A stretch of 64,000 bases of DNA from the human T2T-CHM13v2.0 reference genome, Homo sapiens: the NCBI RefSeq assembly GCF_009914755.1, contig NC_060926.1, one strand, 5' to 3'. Made by a program: the position numbers and the translations under genes. Positions 16,121-32,300 of the stretch are shown in pieces (position 1 is the stretch's first letter; every line of letters begins with the position of its first letter). The notes under the pieces are model-generated. The model was not told the origin of the DNA. It saw only the letters and a program-made list of their open reading frames with translations, and ran no database searches.

Positions 16121-17751
16121 GGAATTAGCCAATGTGAAATCTTTAGCAGCAAGCTAAGAAGTGTCAGATTAACTTGCCCAAAGTTAAAACATGGTACGGG
16201 GCAGGAGCAAGACTTATGTCTTTCAGATGCAAAGGGTTGCACTCCTAATTGTTATATTTCCTACCTTCTATTATAGTTTTATCATAGTGAAAATCCAACA
16301 TAAGGTATCGGTGAAGTAGATGATGGTGGAGGCCTGAGTGAGGAAGGGGAATGTGCAAATCTTGGGAACTGTAAATTGCTACTGCCAGGACTTACACTGA
16401 ATATTCTTTTTAAAATATTTCTTTCCTATATGCCTCAAAGAATAAATCTTTCTCACTGTTTTTTTTCCTGTCTTAGCAGCGCTAACAACACTGCAACTAG
16501 TTAGCACATTACCTGCCAGTTTAATTGCCATCATTATCACCAGCAGATATCCTTCCCGCCCTATTTCACAGCACTGCTATATATAAGTCAAGTGGAGCCC
16601 ATCTGTGATCTGTGCAGAGTAGGGCCTCCAAATGTTGGTGTGATAGATTCAAGAGCTCATTATGAGTGGCCTATATCTCAAAGTGGCAGCACGCTTTCTC
16701 CAGCACAATTATTTTCCCATTAGGTGCCGTGATAAGACATAAATAAAATATAAGGAAGTAATAAAGGCCAACATTTATTGAGTACTTATTGTGTTCCAGG
16801 TACTGTGCTTTATATATCTTACCCCATTCAAAGATGATAACCACCACAGGAAGGAAATACTATTATTGTTGTCATTTTCCTAACAAGCAAACAGAAGCAT
16901 AGAATGGGTAAGAAAAGGGTCAGATGCACCTCTTGTAAATAGAACCAGTGCTTGAACCCATGTGGCGTTGCTCCAGGACACACACCCTTAACCACTATTC
17001 CTATGGTCCCAACTAATATAAAAACCTTAATGTTGCCATTACTACATACAAACTAATTATCTTCATATTTCTGTTGTTTGTTTCACTAATTATATTCTCT
17101 GTCATGTACAAGAGTTTATAATGGAAAAAATGGAAGATGAAAGCAAAAGAGGAACCTATCTACTGCTATTTCTAACAGCTAATACAGTACAGTCTGTCTG
17201 TTACACATTTTTCAAAAGTGAGGATTCAAGATAAATTCCCTGGAATTATTCCTAAACAGTGAGGTCCATGGAGACAACAACTGAGCCATATCTGTCTTGC
17301 CTGCTGCTATTTCCAAAGGGGCAAACACAGTGTCTGTGAAGGGAGACTTTGTTTTCATTAAAAACAGCATCACACACTATGATACTCTGCATGGAAACTT
17401 TTCCAAAAGTGGCACTTTTCCATGATCTTTGTCTGATAATTCCATATCCCCATGAGCTGTGTGTGCCAAGGATACAGTATGGCCAGCACCAAGGACATTA
17501 AATTTGGGGTGTTCACATCAGCTGTACTGACAGACTGTGCCACCAAAAGCTGTGGGCACTATCCCTGCCAGGAGCCTCATGTCTGCATGTTCCATCTGTG
17601 GCCTGTGGATGGTCAGATGGTCATTTCAATGGCCAGTGTTTAGTGCCTCTTCCTCAGGAAAGCTTTAACGTTTGCTACGGGAAGTTGTTGGAGCATGTTA
17701 GTGCGTCGACAGTGATTATTCTGAAACCTGTCAAGTGACTCCGCTCTGTGA

Positions 17752-18186
<435 letters not shown>

Positions 18187-21100
18187 TAGCGGCCGCTGCT
18201 GCCAGGTAATATTTTTAGCACAACCCTTTTGAGTCTGTGTTTACATTATGAGGTCATGATGTCTTTTCTAACAATGCTGCTTTATTAACTGTTTGTTTTA
18301 GTCCCCTTCTTAGGAATTCATTCCTAGCCTGTCAGTCCATGCCAATCCTGAGTTTGGCTTTTCAAAATGGAAGGATGTCAAAAAAAAAAAAAAATTGAAA
18401 CGCTGGTTCTATGATAATTAAAGTAAAGCTCACATTGGAAAGCATTTGCTAATGTAGAAATTCAGCAAATACAGCATGTGTTGTCTTTAAATACAGCAAT
18501 CTGACAGTCGAATGTTCTATTCACTTGGTATTAACAGTCTCTAAGTGTGTAAGACAACGTAGCAGATTCCATGAGGCAGCAACTTGGCAATAAAATGGAA
18601 TCGGATTCATTCATGCCCTCTGCCTTTCAGCAGAAAATCTGCATGAGCTTCACTGCTCAGCCCAGGGATCGGTTGCGTGGTCAATGTGCCTGGCAGCTGA
18701 ACTGTGACCTCATGTACCCCTTGGCACTGTTTAATGCAGCCATACTCCATTAGGCTCGCTGCTGTCGTAACAGTCCAGCACTTACAACTAAAGTCAGACA
18801 TTGTTGTGTGATGACTGGTGAATACTCACTATCTATTTGGCTAATTATAGACCACTTGTTTTACACAGTGTCATTTACAACACACCATTCATTTTATTCA
18901 AAACACTGGGCTTATTGATCTTCTGATGCATGGTTCCTAGTTTAATATTTAGAGGGGTCCTTATGAAGAAACTGGGTCATAAATTGGTTATGCCAGTCAC
19001 TGCAAGGAAATTCCCCTGTTAATGTTAAGTAAATTGTACCATTTTCCAGATATAGGTGGCCAAGTGGCCTCACTGATACATTTGAAAAAAGTAAGTCCAG
19101 CTCAGGGATGGGTATAATTCATCCTGAGCACCATAAAACTTCTCAAAAAAGATATGGACAAAGACATGTCTTGTTAGTGTGAATTACTTTAAATACAATT
19201 TTCAGGCTTGAAGCTTCTTGAAATAATGAAGCTTCGGTTTCCACATAATACATAAATAATTATGTTTTCACAAGAGTTCCTGGCACCTAGACTCCAATAT
19301 GAAATGTAAATACTTGACACAGAAACATGGAGTGTGAGAAGGGCATTTTGCTTGCTTTCTGGAGAATACACCAGAGCCTTAGTTCAGGGAGAGATTTCTG
19401 TGGGCTCACAGCTGTCCTTGTGTGCAAAGAACCTGACCAAGACAGAATGGTACTGCAGAAACTCTGTTTAACGGTGTTAGCCTAGTTGAGAGCAGCTGCA
19501 GGTAGGAGGGCTGTCTCAAGGGCCCTGTGAGTGGCATTTGGAGGGCAGTGCCCAATCTTGTTCATGGGCTCTGGGATGAGGCTGCACCTGGCCCCGGGCA
19601 GAATAGCATGCTTTGTGCAGCTCACCAGAGCTCAGGTAAACAGTCCTTAAGCTGCTCATACAAACTGGTATGCAGTAAAGTTTGGGTGGGCCAGGATATC
19701 AACTCAGTTGAATCCCTTGCCCACTGCCCCCGAAAACGTTGCCGTCACAGGTAGCCTCCAGATCTTAGGAAATGCTCCCTTGCTCTGTATAGTTTGTCAA
19801 AAAAGGAGGAGCCTTCAGAGCTATCCGCAACTTGCACGTGGTCGCTGACTCCAAGTTTTCTGTGCCACAAACAGAACCCTAGTATCTCTACCTGAATTTC
19901 TTTCACTATGATTCTTTCTCTGTGAGGATGCCATATTGTTTACTTCTGGAGAGGAGAACTACCTTCTACAGTGGAGCCTAACTTTTACAGGGTCTTCCTA
20001 GGGGAGGCTTGAAAAAGTAAACAATTTGTTTAAGTTTTCTACAGGTAATGTCACATCTAGGTTGCTCTGAATGTATCTGGCTCTAAATATAAATCTGAGA
20101 GAAAGCCGATAAAAAGCATGAGCCCTGAATGTCTGTTCTAGATAATCAGAAAATGTATTCTTCTCTTCTGTTTACAGGAGCAGAATTAGAACAATTTGAT
20201 TCTGAATACATTTAAGAATTAAAAAAAAACAAAATAATGTAAGTAATTATTAAATTTTTAAATAATTTGAACACTTCATTTAGTTTTTTTACATAGCTAA
20301 GAGGGGACAGCTCCTTATTTAGCAGAGGCCTTATATATTCAGACATACAAAGTAGGCCCAGCAGCTAGCTACCCCTGGGAGTGGAGAAGGGAGAACAGTT
20401 TTGCATAAGAAGGTAGGGGGAGCATGAGTGTCGCAAGACACTGTCTGATGGAGAAATAGGAGAAGTGGGGAGGTGATCTAGTAACACAGAGGAAACCAGG
20501 GACAGAAGATAAAAAGAAGCCAGGGAGAAATGCTGGGTGAGGATGGGGGAAGAATGTTCCAGAATGACAGTACCAGCTTTCCACTGTAAGTTCTTCCCTC
20601 TCTGCACTTTCCAAACTTTTGCAAATAGTTCACTATCACAATAGCCATGTAGTGGCAGAGCTGTGGGAGAATGAAGAAAAGGCACATGTCCCGTCTTACT
20701 GGGAACTGCACAGAATAGCCAGTGTATGCCATGGTCACAGGCTGCAAACTGTGCTCCCTCCCGATCTCCTCCCTGCCTCTCTCTCCCTCCCCAGCTGCTC
20801 CAGCTCCTGGCCTTCCCTTGGCCTCTCAAACACAATGAGGTTTCCCGGCTCAGGGCTGTTGCCATTTCCTGGGCCCTTTTGTCACCCAGGTCTTCTCTTC
20901 TATGTCACCTTTCCCAAGAGCCTCCTTGAGCCACCCGATGTCAAAGAGCCCACACCATGTCATGCCCCCATGTCACCGTCTTCTGTTGTTGTCACCACCT
21001 GTCATCACCTGGAATTTCTTTATGTATGTGCTGTTTTCTGCATTGCTTACCTCTGTGTCAGCAGAGCTGCATTTCATGCTCATACATACTTGCCAAATGA

Positions 21101-21692
21101 GTAAATTCAAAAATAAACAGGACAGAGAAAAGCCAAAAGTAGAATAAGAGCATATTGGGATTGCAGGCAGACAATAGCAAGCAATAATCCAGCATGGCTT
21201 AATCTGCCATGACTCTCCAAATGTTGTGTATGTGATGCAGATGGTATGGAATCTGTTTGCATATTAAAGGGAAGGCTGACCTCAGATGCACAGAGGGCTT
21301 GGGAGCATGGATTACCTGTCTTGTTTTGTCCTGAACAAGGAGCCTTTTTATCCATTTGAGTCTTAGGCAATCTTAGCCAATTCTTAATAAAGAATGGCTG
21401 TTTGTTTTTATGTTTTGTGTATGTATAGTTTTCCATAGTCACATTTATTTAGCAACACTTAAGTAGCACATATTTTATATATCAGGCAGTGTTTAGAGAA
21501 CTTAATAAATATTATCTTATGTATTCTTCATCATAACTCTATCAGGTAATGACTATTATTATCCACTCTTTACAGTTAAGGAAGCAGATTTAAGTCATAT
21601 CTCAGCCAAGAACACAGAGCTAGTAAGTGGCAGATCCAGGACCATGCCAGGAAGTGTGATTTCAGGATACAAGCTCTTAAGCATTACATTAG

Positions 21693-21884
21693 GCCGCCTC
21701 TCTTACGGAATCATCCAGTGTTCAATCTCAAAATACTTACTGGTGTTAAAACACATCCTTCCTTCCAATGCATCCTCTTTATCTTCACAGCCGCCCCTTT
21801 TATGGAATCATCCAGCGTCCAATCTCAAAATACATATTGGTGTTAAAATGCATCCTTCCTTCCAATGCGTCCTCTTTCTCTTCA
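21693..21884. repeat. 97-bp tandem duplication, two diverged copies
   Basis: GCCGCC...GGAATCATCCAG...CATCCTTCCTTCCAATGC...TCTTCA starts at 21693 and again at 21790. Confidence 0.92.
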
Positions 21885-23448
21885 TGGCAAAATGCTGCAT
21901 ATGAACAAAACCCACACTCTCGAATGTTCCATTCTGAAAGGAGGGAGTATTTCAGGCAAGTGGGTGACACTAATAATAAATGGTGAACTTAGTGTCATTT
22001 CAGGTTTTTTTTGGTCAGATAAAAGCTATATATCACTTCTTGCTTTAATATATGATGGCAATGTATTGAGTAAGCGTAATATAAGTGAACCTGAAAAGTG
22101 ATCCTCAGAGCTTTTAGCAACACGATGTCTGGAGAAACTAACACCAAGGAAATCCCCCCAGGATGTCCCTAAAAGTAGCACCTTTAAAGTCTGTAAAGAG
22201 AATACATTTATTAAGTTAATGACAGAGCTTTATTTAATGCTACCAAATTCTTTGAAAAGACTATCAAGCCTCTGATCAAACAGTATTTTATCCTGCCATT
22301 AAGTTGTTATAATTACTCAGTATTTAGCCAGATGGCAAATAATTCCCAAAATCAGACCAGGTGTTCAAGAAGCAGAGATAATCACAAAGCTGATGACCGT
22401 GGTGAAACTAATTTAAAATGCTGTAACAGTGGCACAGTGGTGCTTCACATGAAAACTGACCAAAAAATTTTTTAAAAAAGAAAAAGAAAAAAGGTAAGAA
22501 AAAAATTGTTATTTCATGAAAATGAGGCTCAATAAATGCAGGTGTGAGAAAGCAGTGTTTAATTCTACTGTTTTTAATGCCAAGTTTTATGTCAATCAAC
22601 AACTGTTTTGACAGGTGTAAGACCTATCGGAGGCTTAAAATGTGCACCAGCAATAAACACTGAGAAGGCCTCAAAATTAGCACCCGTGGCAGACGGTGTC
22701 AACTCAAATAAGTATCAAACTTGGACACAATCTAACTTTTCTCACATTCCTGCTTCATGCATAGAAGGCTGGATTTCACAGTCACAGCTAAAAGTCACGG
22801 AGTTCTTAATTCGTTCTCAAATGAAGTGTTTCCAATAGGCAGTCATCCCAGCTTCCTATGCTCACCCCACTCAGATGACCTAAGCAACATTTAGGTTCAA
22901 CCAGAAGAAAGCTGGATTTTTGAAGCCTTGTGAGTAATGACAGAGTCCCAGGAAATATCTCTTGAGGCTCTGTTAGGTGTAACTATTGGCATATTATGAA
23001 GCACTTCCCATTTTTGATAAGGGATTATTTAGACGAGGCGAAGTTAGGATTGAAGTTAGCCTACCTAGGCCCTCATGCATCTCTAATACTGACTGAGGAT
23101 GCCATGAGTGGGCCAGATTTGTGGATGTGTGACCCGTGCTTAAGATCTACATTAGAAGGACCCTGGGCTTGGTCTAAGTCTCTGTTATTGCCAAGTTGAA
23201 ATTCTTAATGTTTTGAAGAGAGGACCTCATTTTTCATTTTTCACTGAGCCCTGCAAATTATGTAGAAGGTCCTGACTGGGTGAGCTACTTAATCTCTCTG
23301 AGCATTAGTACTCATTCACAAATACTATTTGAAGAAACATATGGTAGGAAAACACCTAGCATGTAGTAAGCACTCAGTAGAAGCTATAATTGTTGATGCT
23401 TTGCCACTGTTATTGTTATTGGTGTCATTGTTATTATTAGTATTGTGA

Positions 23449-23731
<283 letters not shown>

Positions 23732-23739
23732 ATATTATG

Positions 23740-25290
23740 ACAAGGCAGCTCATTTGCCTCTCAGCAGCAATTGACAGAGTTGTCCATGCTCTCCTCCTTG
23801 TAGACTTTATCCACTTGCCTTTCAGGACATTTCATCCTCCTGACTTTCTCCTGCATCTCTGAACTCTCATTTTCAATGTTCTTTTCGGGTTTGCATCTCT
23901 CCAACCTCTAAGTATTGTAGGGCTTCAAAACTCATCCTTGCATGTTTGCTATTTTTATTTAAGCCCATCCTACATGGTTTTATCCAGGGTCATATGTTAA
24001 ATATCACATATGTTGATGTTATAGCCAAATTGTCCCATCCCCAAATAACCATATTTTAAATTCCTAACTCCTAGTCCCTCAGAATGTAATTACATTTAGA
24101 GATAGGGTTTTTAAAGAGGTTATTAAGTTAAAATGAGGTCATGAGTGTACCATGAGGTACCTCATGAGGCATAGAGAGACCATGTGAAGACACAAGGAGA
24201 AGACAGCTGTCCACAAGCCAAGGAGAGAGGCCTCAGAAGAAATCCATCCTGTTGCCACCCTTATCTCTAACTTGTGACCTGCAGAATCGTGGGAAAATAA
24301 ATTTCTGTTATTTGAGCCACCCGGTTTCTGGTACTTTGTTTTGGTAAGCTAATAGAGCACAGGGCTCTCAAATATTTATTCTCAACTCAGACATCGGCCC
24401 CAAATGCTAGGTGAATTACTGTCCACTTGACACCTTCACTTGGATGTCTGTTAGGCACCTCACACTTAACATGAGTTCCTAAGATTTGCCATTTCAAACT
24501 TTCATTCTTTGCTCTCTTAGTTAATGCTACTTGCAGGCTTTCATTTGATCAAACCAAAAACCTTGGAATCATCCTCACCCTTCCCATTTGCTCAGGCTCT
24601 GCATTGGATTGGTCCGTAAGTCCCACAGGCTCTGACTTCATACTGTATCAAGAGCCTGACCTTTCAGCACCGCATCCTCACTCTCACTGTGGTATTACTA
24701 TCCTCAACCACCTCTCACCTGGGTTATTCCCTATGACCTTTCAGTCTATTTCCAACACAACAGCCACAGTGATCATGGGAAAAATTATAAGTCAGATCAT
24801 GTAACTCCTATTTTCAGATTTCTTCAATGGCTTTCCACCTCATGTAGAGGAAAAACCAAAATCCTGACTATGGGTTGAAGTCTACCCCACTCCCACCATC
24901 TTTCTGATCTCAACCAGGCATCATCTTTGCTCCACGTGCTCCAGTCACTCTGCCCCAGGCTGTTATTCCAATGCTCCAAGCACGCTCACATCCGAGAACT
25001 TGGCGTGCCATTTTCCCTTTAGTAGTCTCATAGCTTTAATTTAACCAGAACTTCCAAACATTTTCTATGCTCCTTTCCTATTGTTTTTCTCCTTATCACT
25101 TACCACTTTTCAACATATTCATTTTACTTATTATGTTACTCATTATCCTTTTTCCCCCACCAAGTCTAAACTCCTTCAAAACAGGCATTTTTCTTTTGTT
25201 TTGTTTACATTCATAGCACCCAGTACAGGATCTTGCACATAGTAGATTATGAAAAGATACTTGCTGAATGAAAATGAACTGTGAATGAAA
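23740..25290. mobile_element. L2 fragments with a nested MLT1-type LTR (~24015-24355)
   Basis: L2-like CACTTGGATGTCTG..GGCACCTCA and terminal TTGCTGAATGAA; MLT1-like CACAAGCCAAGGAGAGAGGCCTCAGAAGAAA and AATAAATTTCTGTT. Confidence 0.6.
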
Positions 25291-27610
25291 AATGGAAAAG
25301 TTACTGCTTTTTACTTTCTATACACTTATACCAAATTGGAAGTATAGTCAAGTGTGTATATTGACACCGTGCTACATGATACCGTCCATAACACACCATC
25401 TGTCTCCAAGGCAGGGAAAGTTTATTTTTAATAAAACTCTGTTGACTTTTAAAATATATCCTTTATTTTCTAGATAAAATTTCAGAAAACTATGTGTAAT
25501 GGGAGATATTCTGACCTTGGAAGTTATGTATCTTTTATTTATAATGCAGAGACTTGATATATCTCAGCATATCTATATCTATGTACCAAACTACTTCACA
25601 ATTCAATTGCTGGCATCCATATCAAATAGAGGAGAAGTTGTTCTGCCACAATGTAAGTCATCTTCTTTTTCTAGCCTTCAAAAATAATTTAAAATGCCTG
25701 GATTTCCCCCCAGGAGGTTTCTCGCTGGTTAGCTCAGACTTTTTCTCATGGTATCTACCTTCCAAGAGGTCAAAAGAGGAGGCTGTGGCCTCTTGAGTCT
25801 GAGCTTGGAAGGCCTGCAACATGTCTCTGCTGCATTCCACTGAGTCAAGCAAATCGCAAGGTCAGCTCAGATCCAAGGGGTAGAGAAACAGACTTCACTT
25901 CTAGGTGGGAAGAATGGTGACCTCACAAAAGGTAATAGCAATTTCAACTTCGCTTGATCATGGGAAGAACAGAAACATTACATCATAGGGATCAGAGGAA
26001 CTTTGTGTCATATTTTGCAATCTACTATTATCTGCCATTTGTCCGAAATTATTCATGTTACTTCTCTTGGCAAACTGTTCCTGTCATCTCAGAGACCCCA
26101 TAAGGCCAATCGCACTAGTTTAGCAGGTCTAATTGTCATAAACTTAAATCTTCCTATGTCAGTGTTTCACAGTGCATGGTCTCCAATCCAGCAGCATCAC
26201 CTGAGAACTTCCTAGAAATGCAACTTTTGCACCCCATTAAGAAAACTACCAAATCAGAACCTCTCAGGAGAGGGAAAGGATCTTCTGTTTTAATAAGCCC
26301 TTAAGATAATTCTTATGGATGCTAAGGTTTGTGAGCCTCTGTTGTATATTTTACCAAAGAGTCTGAGCTCTTGACTTGATCCTCAGCCAAAGGCCACTGC
26401 TTAAAATGGGAATCATTTGCAGAATAGAGAAACTAAGGATGAAAAATAATTTAATTTTCCATTCAGCCACTCTTAGAGATGCTAGATTTTCTCTAAATTT
26501 TGTTCGTAAGCTGAAAAGTTTCTGCTTTAGTTTCTCTCTCTTGTGCAGTAACATATAATGAAGCTAGAAGAACTGAATTGACCTTTCCAATATTCTGCCT
26601 AGAAATCTCCTTAGCTAGATCCATATATTTTACTGGGGACCTTTTCTGTCATCCAAGTTATCTCAGAACACAATCATTTCACAACTAAATAGCATGGGTT
26701 GCCCGGTTTTAGCCTTCAATAACAATTTACTCATGATTTCTTTCGGCTTACACTAACATTTTGCCATTTTGTTTCATTTTTTATTGGTCAAAAATTTCCC
26801 CACTGCTTCTCCAGTTTTGGCTACCACTCATTCCCAAAGCAAAGGCCACATGTTTTCAATTTTTGACTCATTAACATTCTACTTCTAGGTACTAAATTTT
26901 GTAATCATTATTTTTTGCTATGTATCGACCACCCCAGAACTTAGGATGTTAAAACAACAACCATTTGTTTCCTCCAAAACTCTCAGATTTGCAGTTTGGG
27001 CCCAGCTGAGCCACGGTTGGGGTTCTCTTTCATGCACGTGGAGTCAGTTGGCAATCCTGCTGAGGGTTAGTTCTTAGAAGAGAGCCTCGCTTACATGTCT
27101 GACAGCTGGCTAGGCTGTGAACAGAAGTGCCTCTGTCCTCTTTTCCATGGCCTTTACAGCAGACTAGGCTTTCTCACATGGCAGCTGGGTTCCAAGAGGG
27201 CAAAATGGAAACTTCAAGCCTTCCAACGTCACTTTTTTTGCATTCTTTTAGCAAGGTAAATCACAAACTTGGCCTAGGTTCCAGGGGGAGGAAAAAGAGA
27301 CCCTCCTTTGTTGGGAGGTGCAAGAATGGCTCATTATAATACAATGTCTGGGGAAATATCTGGCCATATTTTACAGTATACCAGATTATGCTTGGGAATA
27401 TTTGCAATCTAAGCTCAAATCAAGGTTGAGTTAGTGGCCCCCAACTCCATATAACCTAGAACCTTTACCAAAATAAGATACTATATAAGTCTCTGAACCA
27501 AGAGATCTATGAATAGATTTTATCAAAGGCGTCATATGAAATGAATAGTTATAAGTCAGTGTGTTATGCACCAAAGGTGGCAAGAGCTGAACAATAATGA
27601 CAGCCACAGT

Positions 27611-28078
27611 GCTATGGGTCAAGTTCATCCCCTCTGAAACTCATGTTGAAATGTGATTCCCAATGTGGCAGTGTTGGGAAGTGGGGCCTTGTGGGAGGTG
27701 TTTGGGTCATTAGAGTGGATCCTTCATGAATAGATTAGTGCCCTTCCAGGGGAGTAAGTTTTCCCTCTCATGAGACTGGATTAGTTATTGCAAGAGCAGT
27801 TTGTTCCTTCTCATGTTTGGTCTTTTAGGACACCCTTCCTTCCTTCCTTCCTTCCTTCCTTCCTTCCTTCCTTCCTTCCTTCCTTCCTTCCTTCCCTCCT
27901 TCCTTCTCCTTTCTTCTCCTTTCTTCCATGAGTTGAAACAGTATGAGGCCCTCAGCAGATGCAGCTGCCCAATTTGGGCTTTTCAGCCACCAGAAACACA
28001 AGCCAAATAAACCTTTTGTCTTCATAAATTATCCAGCCTCAGATATTCTGTTATAGCAACACAAAATGGACTAAGACA
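27611..28078 (+). mobile_element. MaLR LTR (MSTB/C-like) containing (CCTT)n at ~27834-27905
   Basis: TGCTATGG start, GAAACTCATGTTGAAAT, and CTGTTATAGCAACACAAAATGGACTAAGACA end. Confidence 0.8.
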
Positions 28079-28121
28079 AACTGTGACTTCTGAAATGTCA
28101 ACTCCTAGAACTTCTTAAGGC

Positions 28122-29367
<1,246 letters not shown>

Positions 29368-32300
29368 TTATCGTCAATTTTCTCTTTCAGGTCAGGGACA
29401 TTTTCTCTTTGTTTCAGTCCTGAGTCCCAAGTCTAGGCCATGCAGACACAGAGAAGACACTATTTTTAAATGAGGTATTAAATGAAATGAGTGTGCAAGC
29501 ACTTGGCAATCTGGTGAGTTTGAATATTTCCTTAATTGTTAAATTCAAGAAATTATAATTCATTCTACTAAGTTAAATTCGTAGCTATTCTTTCATGTGA
29601 ATCCTAGAATAATTTATGCTTTATTATGAGACCGAGAGTTTAAAAAGTCCTCTTACCTAGTGTTTTCTAAATTCATAAAATATATTAATTTGAGAGATAT
29701 TTATCTTCAGGATTTGGGAATAAGCCATCAGAATTCCCTGGAATGTTCAGGAGCTCCTAAAATCATTTTGCACTGTATTTTTCATAAGACAATTTCCATA
29801 TTTTACAGTGATAATTGTTTACAATATTAATAAACAACAAATATTTTTAAAACTAAAATGTTGGTGGCTTTTCTATTATAAAGACGTGATCAAAATAAAT
29901 GGTTTATCATTATTATGAACCATTATATTATTTTGATAACATGTAAAAATAACTTCAATTTTACATAGACATTTGAAAATAGAAAGCATTAAAAGAAAAA
30001 ATATTAACACAAAACAAATATCAATAAAAATCATTTAAAATTGAAAGATAGTAGAAAAACATTCATTGTTTAAAGGTAATTCTTAAAATAAAGTTTTAAA
30101 ATAAAACCTGAGTTGTTCTATCTAATAATTTTGACCTTGCTTTGTGATAAATATTCTAGAACAAAAAGAGGTTTGTTTTCTATTTTGTTTTATTCGTTTA
30201 TTTTTCAAAGATGAAAATATTTTTGTTTTCTTGCCCTAGTTTTGGTTCTGTCATTGAGAATGATACTGCTCTGTCCAATTCAGATTTTAGATAAGCTTCT
30301 GATTTTAAATAGCAGTATTCCACAATAGTCTTTCTGCATGTATTTCCTCTGTTAGATAACTAGTGCCCATGAGGAATGCTCAAACACTGCAAAACACCAG
30401 CAAACAGAGCCACATAAAACCCAAGTTGACAAGCACTACTCAGAATCAGAATTGGCAACTTAAGCACGTACTTTGCTTTCAATACTTACTTATTGTAATA
30501 CAACTCGTAGGATAAAGTCTACAGTGCATATCAACTTATTAATACTTGTTTTATTTTAAGAATGTCCAACCTTAAGAGTGGATCAAGCGCTATGAACAAG
30601 ACAATCAGAGCAGGGTCATTTTCCTCTGTCCCCTTCCTAAAATATTGTCCTTAACTCTGTGTCCACTTCCAACTCAGTGTCAATGGATCCCTTAACCAAC
30701 TGATATCTCTATGTTGGTTGCCAAGCATTATTTCTCATAGGATATAATGCTGGTCTTTCCTGTTTTTCGAATTTCTTGTTGTTTTTCAGAATAAGGGACT
30801 CTTAAAAACATAAATTTCCCGAGACATACTGGGAATAAATTTCCACCTAGAAAAATTACGCCCACCTCACCATATGTCACTTCATAAAAACCTTGGTATT
30901 GTACTTTGAAACAATTACCGGGATGGGGGAGTTCTTTCTATGTAATGAATATTCGTAAGAGGTTATTTTGAAATAAAGTGAAGATGTATGTTCTGTTGAA
31001 TGAAATTAAATATCTGTTTCATATCTGGTAATTTATTTTCTCTCCAAGCTGCACTTTGGTTTCTAAAGAGATGAGTCAATTTTATGCCTCAATCTTAAAT
31101 TACTCAGATGTTTGCAAAGATTCAAACATTTCCATATTTTATGTTCACATTTTGTAAGCTCTTACATTGTGAAAATAGGTATTTGCTAGCTATTAAAATA
31201 TAGGTAAAATAGGTAAACATATCTCCAGCGTCAAACATTGGTAAAGGAAAGGGCTGAAAACAAATTTATCTTATTAATACTTAAACAAAAGATTCTCATT
31301 CCATTTAATACAAAAGATAGAACATGACTTTTATAGCTGCTCAAAGAGAGAATATTGTACTTTTATTTCTGGCTTAAAATAAGCCTTTGCTATTCCTTTT
31401 AGGTTTGTTTTCTTTTACTCCCTTTTGTTAGTGAATATCTTACCAAAATATCTTTAGGAATTCTTAGATTTTGGGTCATCAGGAATTCTCCCAAATCTGA
31501 TCATTGCTTTGTTTTTTTTTTTTGTTTTTTTGGTTTTTTTTTTTCTACTTTATGCAACCTGGCACTTGGAACTATGCAGATACCTGCTTACCCAGAAGCT
31601 TGTTCTGACAGCCTTCTCATTTGAAATCCCAGGAAATATAGATAATTCACTCTGATTGCCAAAGAATAGCCAAAGCCAGCAGCAGTGTCTCTTTTATGAC
31701 ATCACGTTCTTAGAGAAAGCATGAAGGAGAGACCCTGCTGGATAAACTAAGGTCAAAGCTGAAATTATTGTTAGAACTCTGTTTAAGAAAAGCCTCTGTA
31801 AGTCTTGGTGCGAGTGATTATTAAATCTTCCTGTATCCGTGGATGTTGGAAATGGTGGAGAATGGGAGTGGAGGATTCTTATAGATTCAGAATAGATTCA
31901 GAGTAGCTGGCTCTACCAAGAAGCACAAGTTTTACAATACTATAGACTCTTCTGAATATCCATTATTGCGGAACTCCACAAAGCTACCTCCAGTCCCACT
32001 GACCTGTATTTGTTCTGCAGTTGTCTATGTTGGACTCTGAACCACCCAGGCTCTTTCTGCACTTCGGGCTGAGTATGCAGACTTGCCGTTATAGTGCCTG
32101 GAGCTAGTTACAGTTCTACCCCAGGAAGAGAAGGGCCAAGCCCTGCCTTCCACACCCAGTCTATTCTGACAGCCTAATATTTCATCCTGTATGCTTTACC
32201 TGGGCCAGCCTCTGAAGAAGCCATTGGGTTGCTTCTTTAGTTTTATTATCTTCCTGGTTATTGATACTCGTTTTGCCCTGAAGTGGCATCCATTGGATCA

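Noticed and set aside
20365-21147. Overlapping 166-aa and 161-aa ORFs
   Set aside because: No recognisable domain or supported splice structure; the region looks like decayed L2-type or low-complexity sequence.
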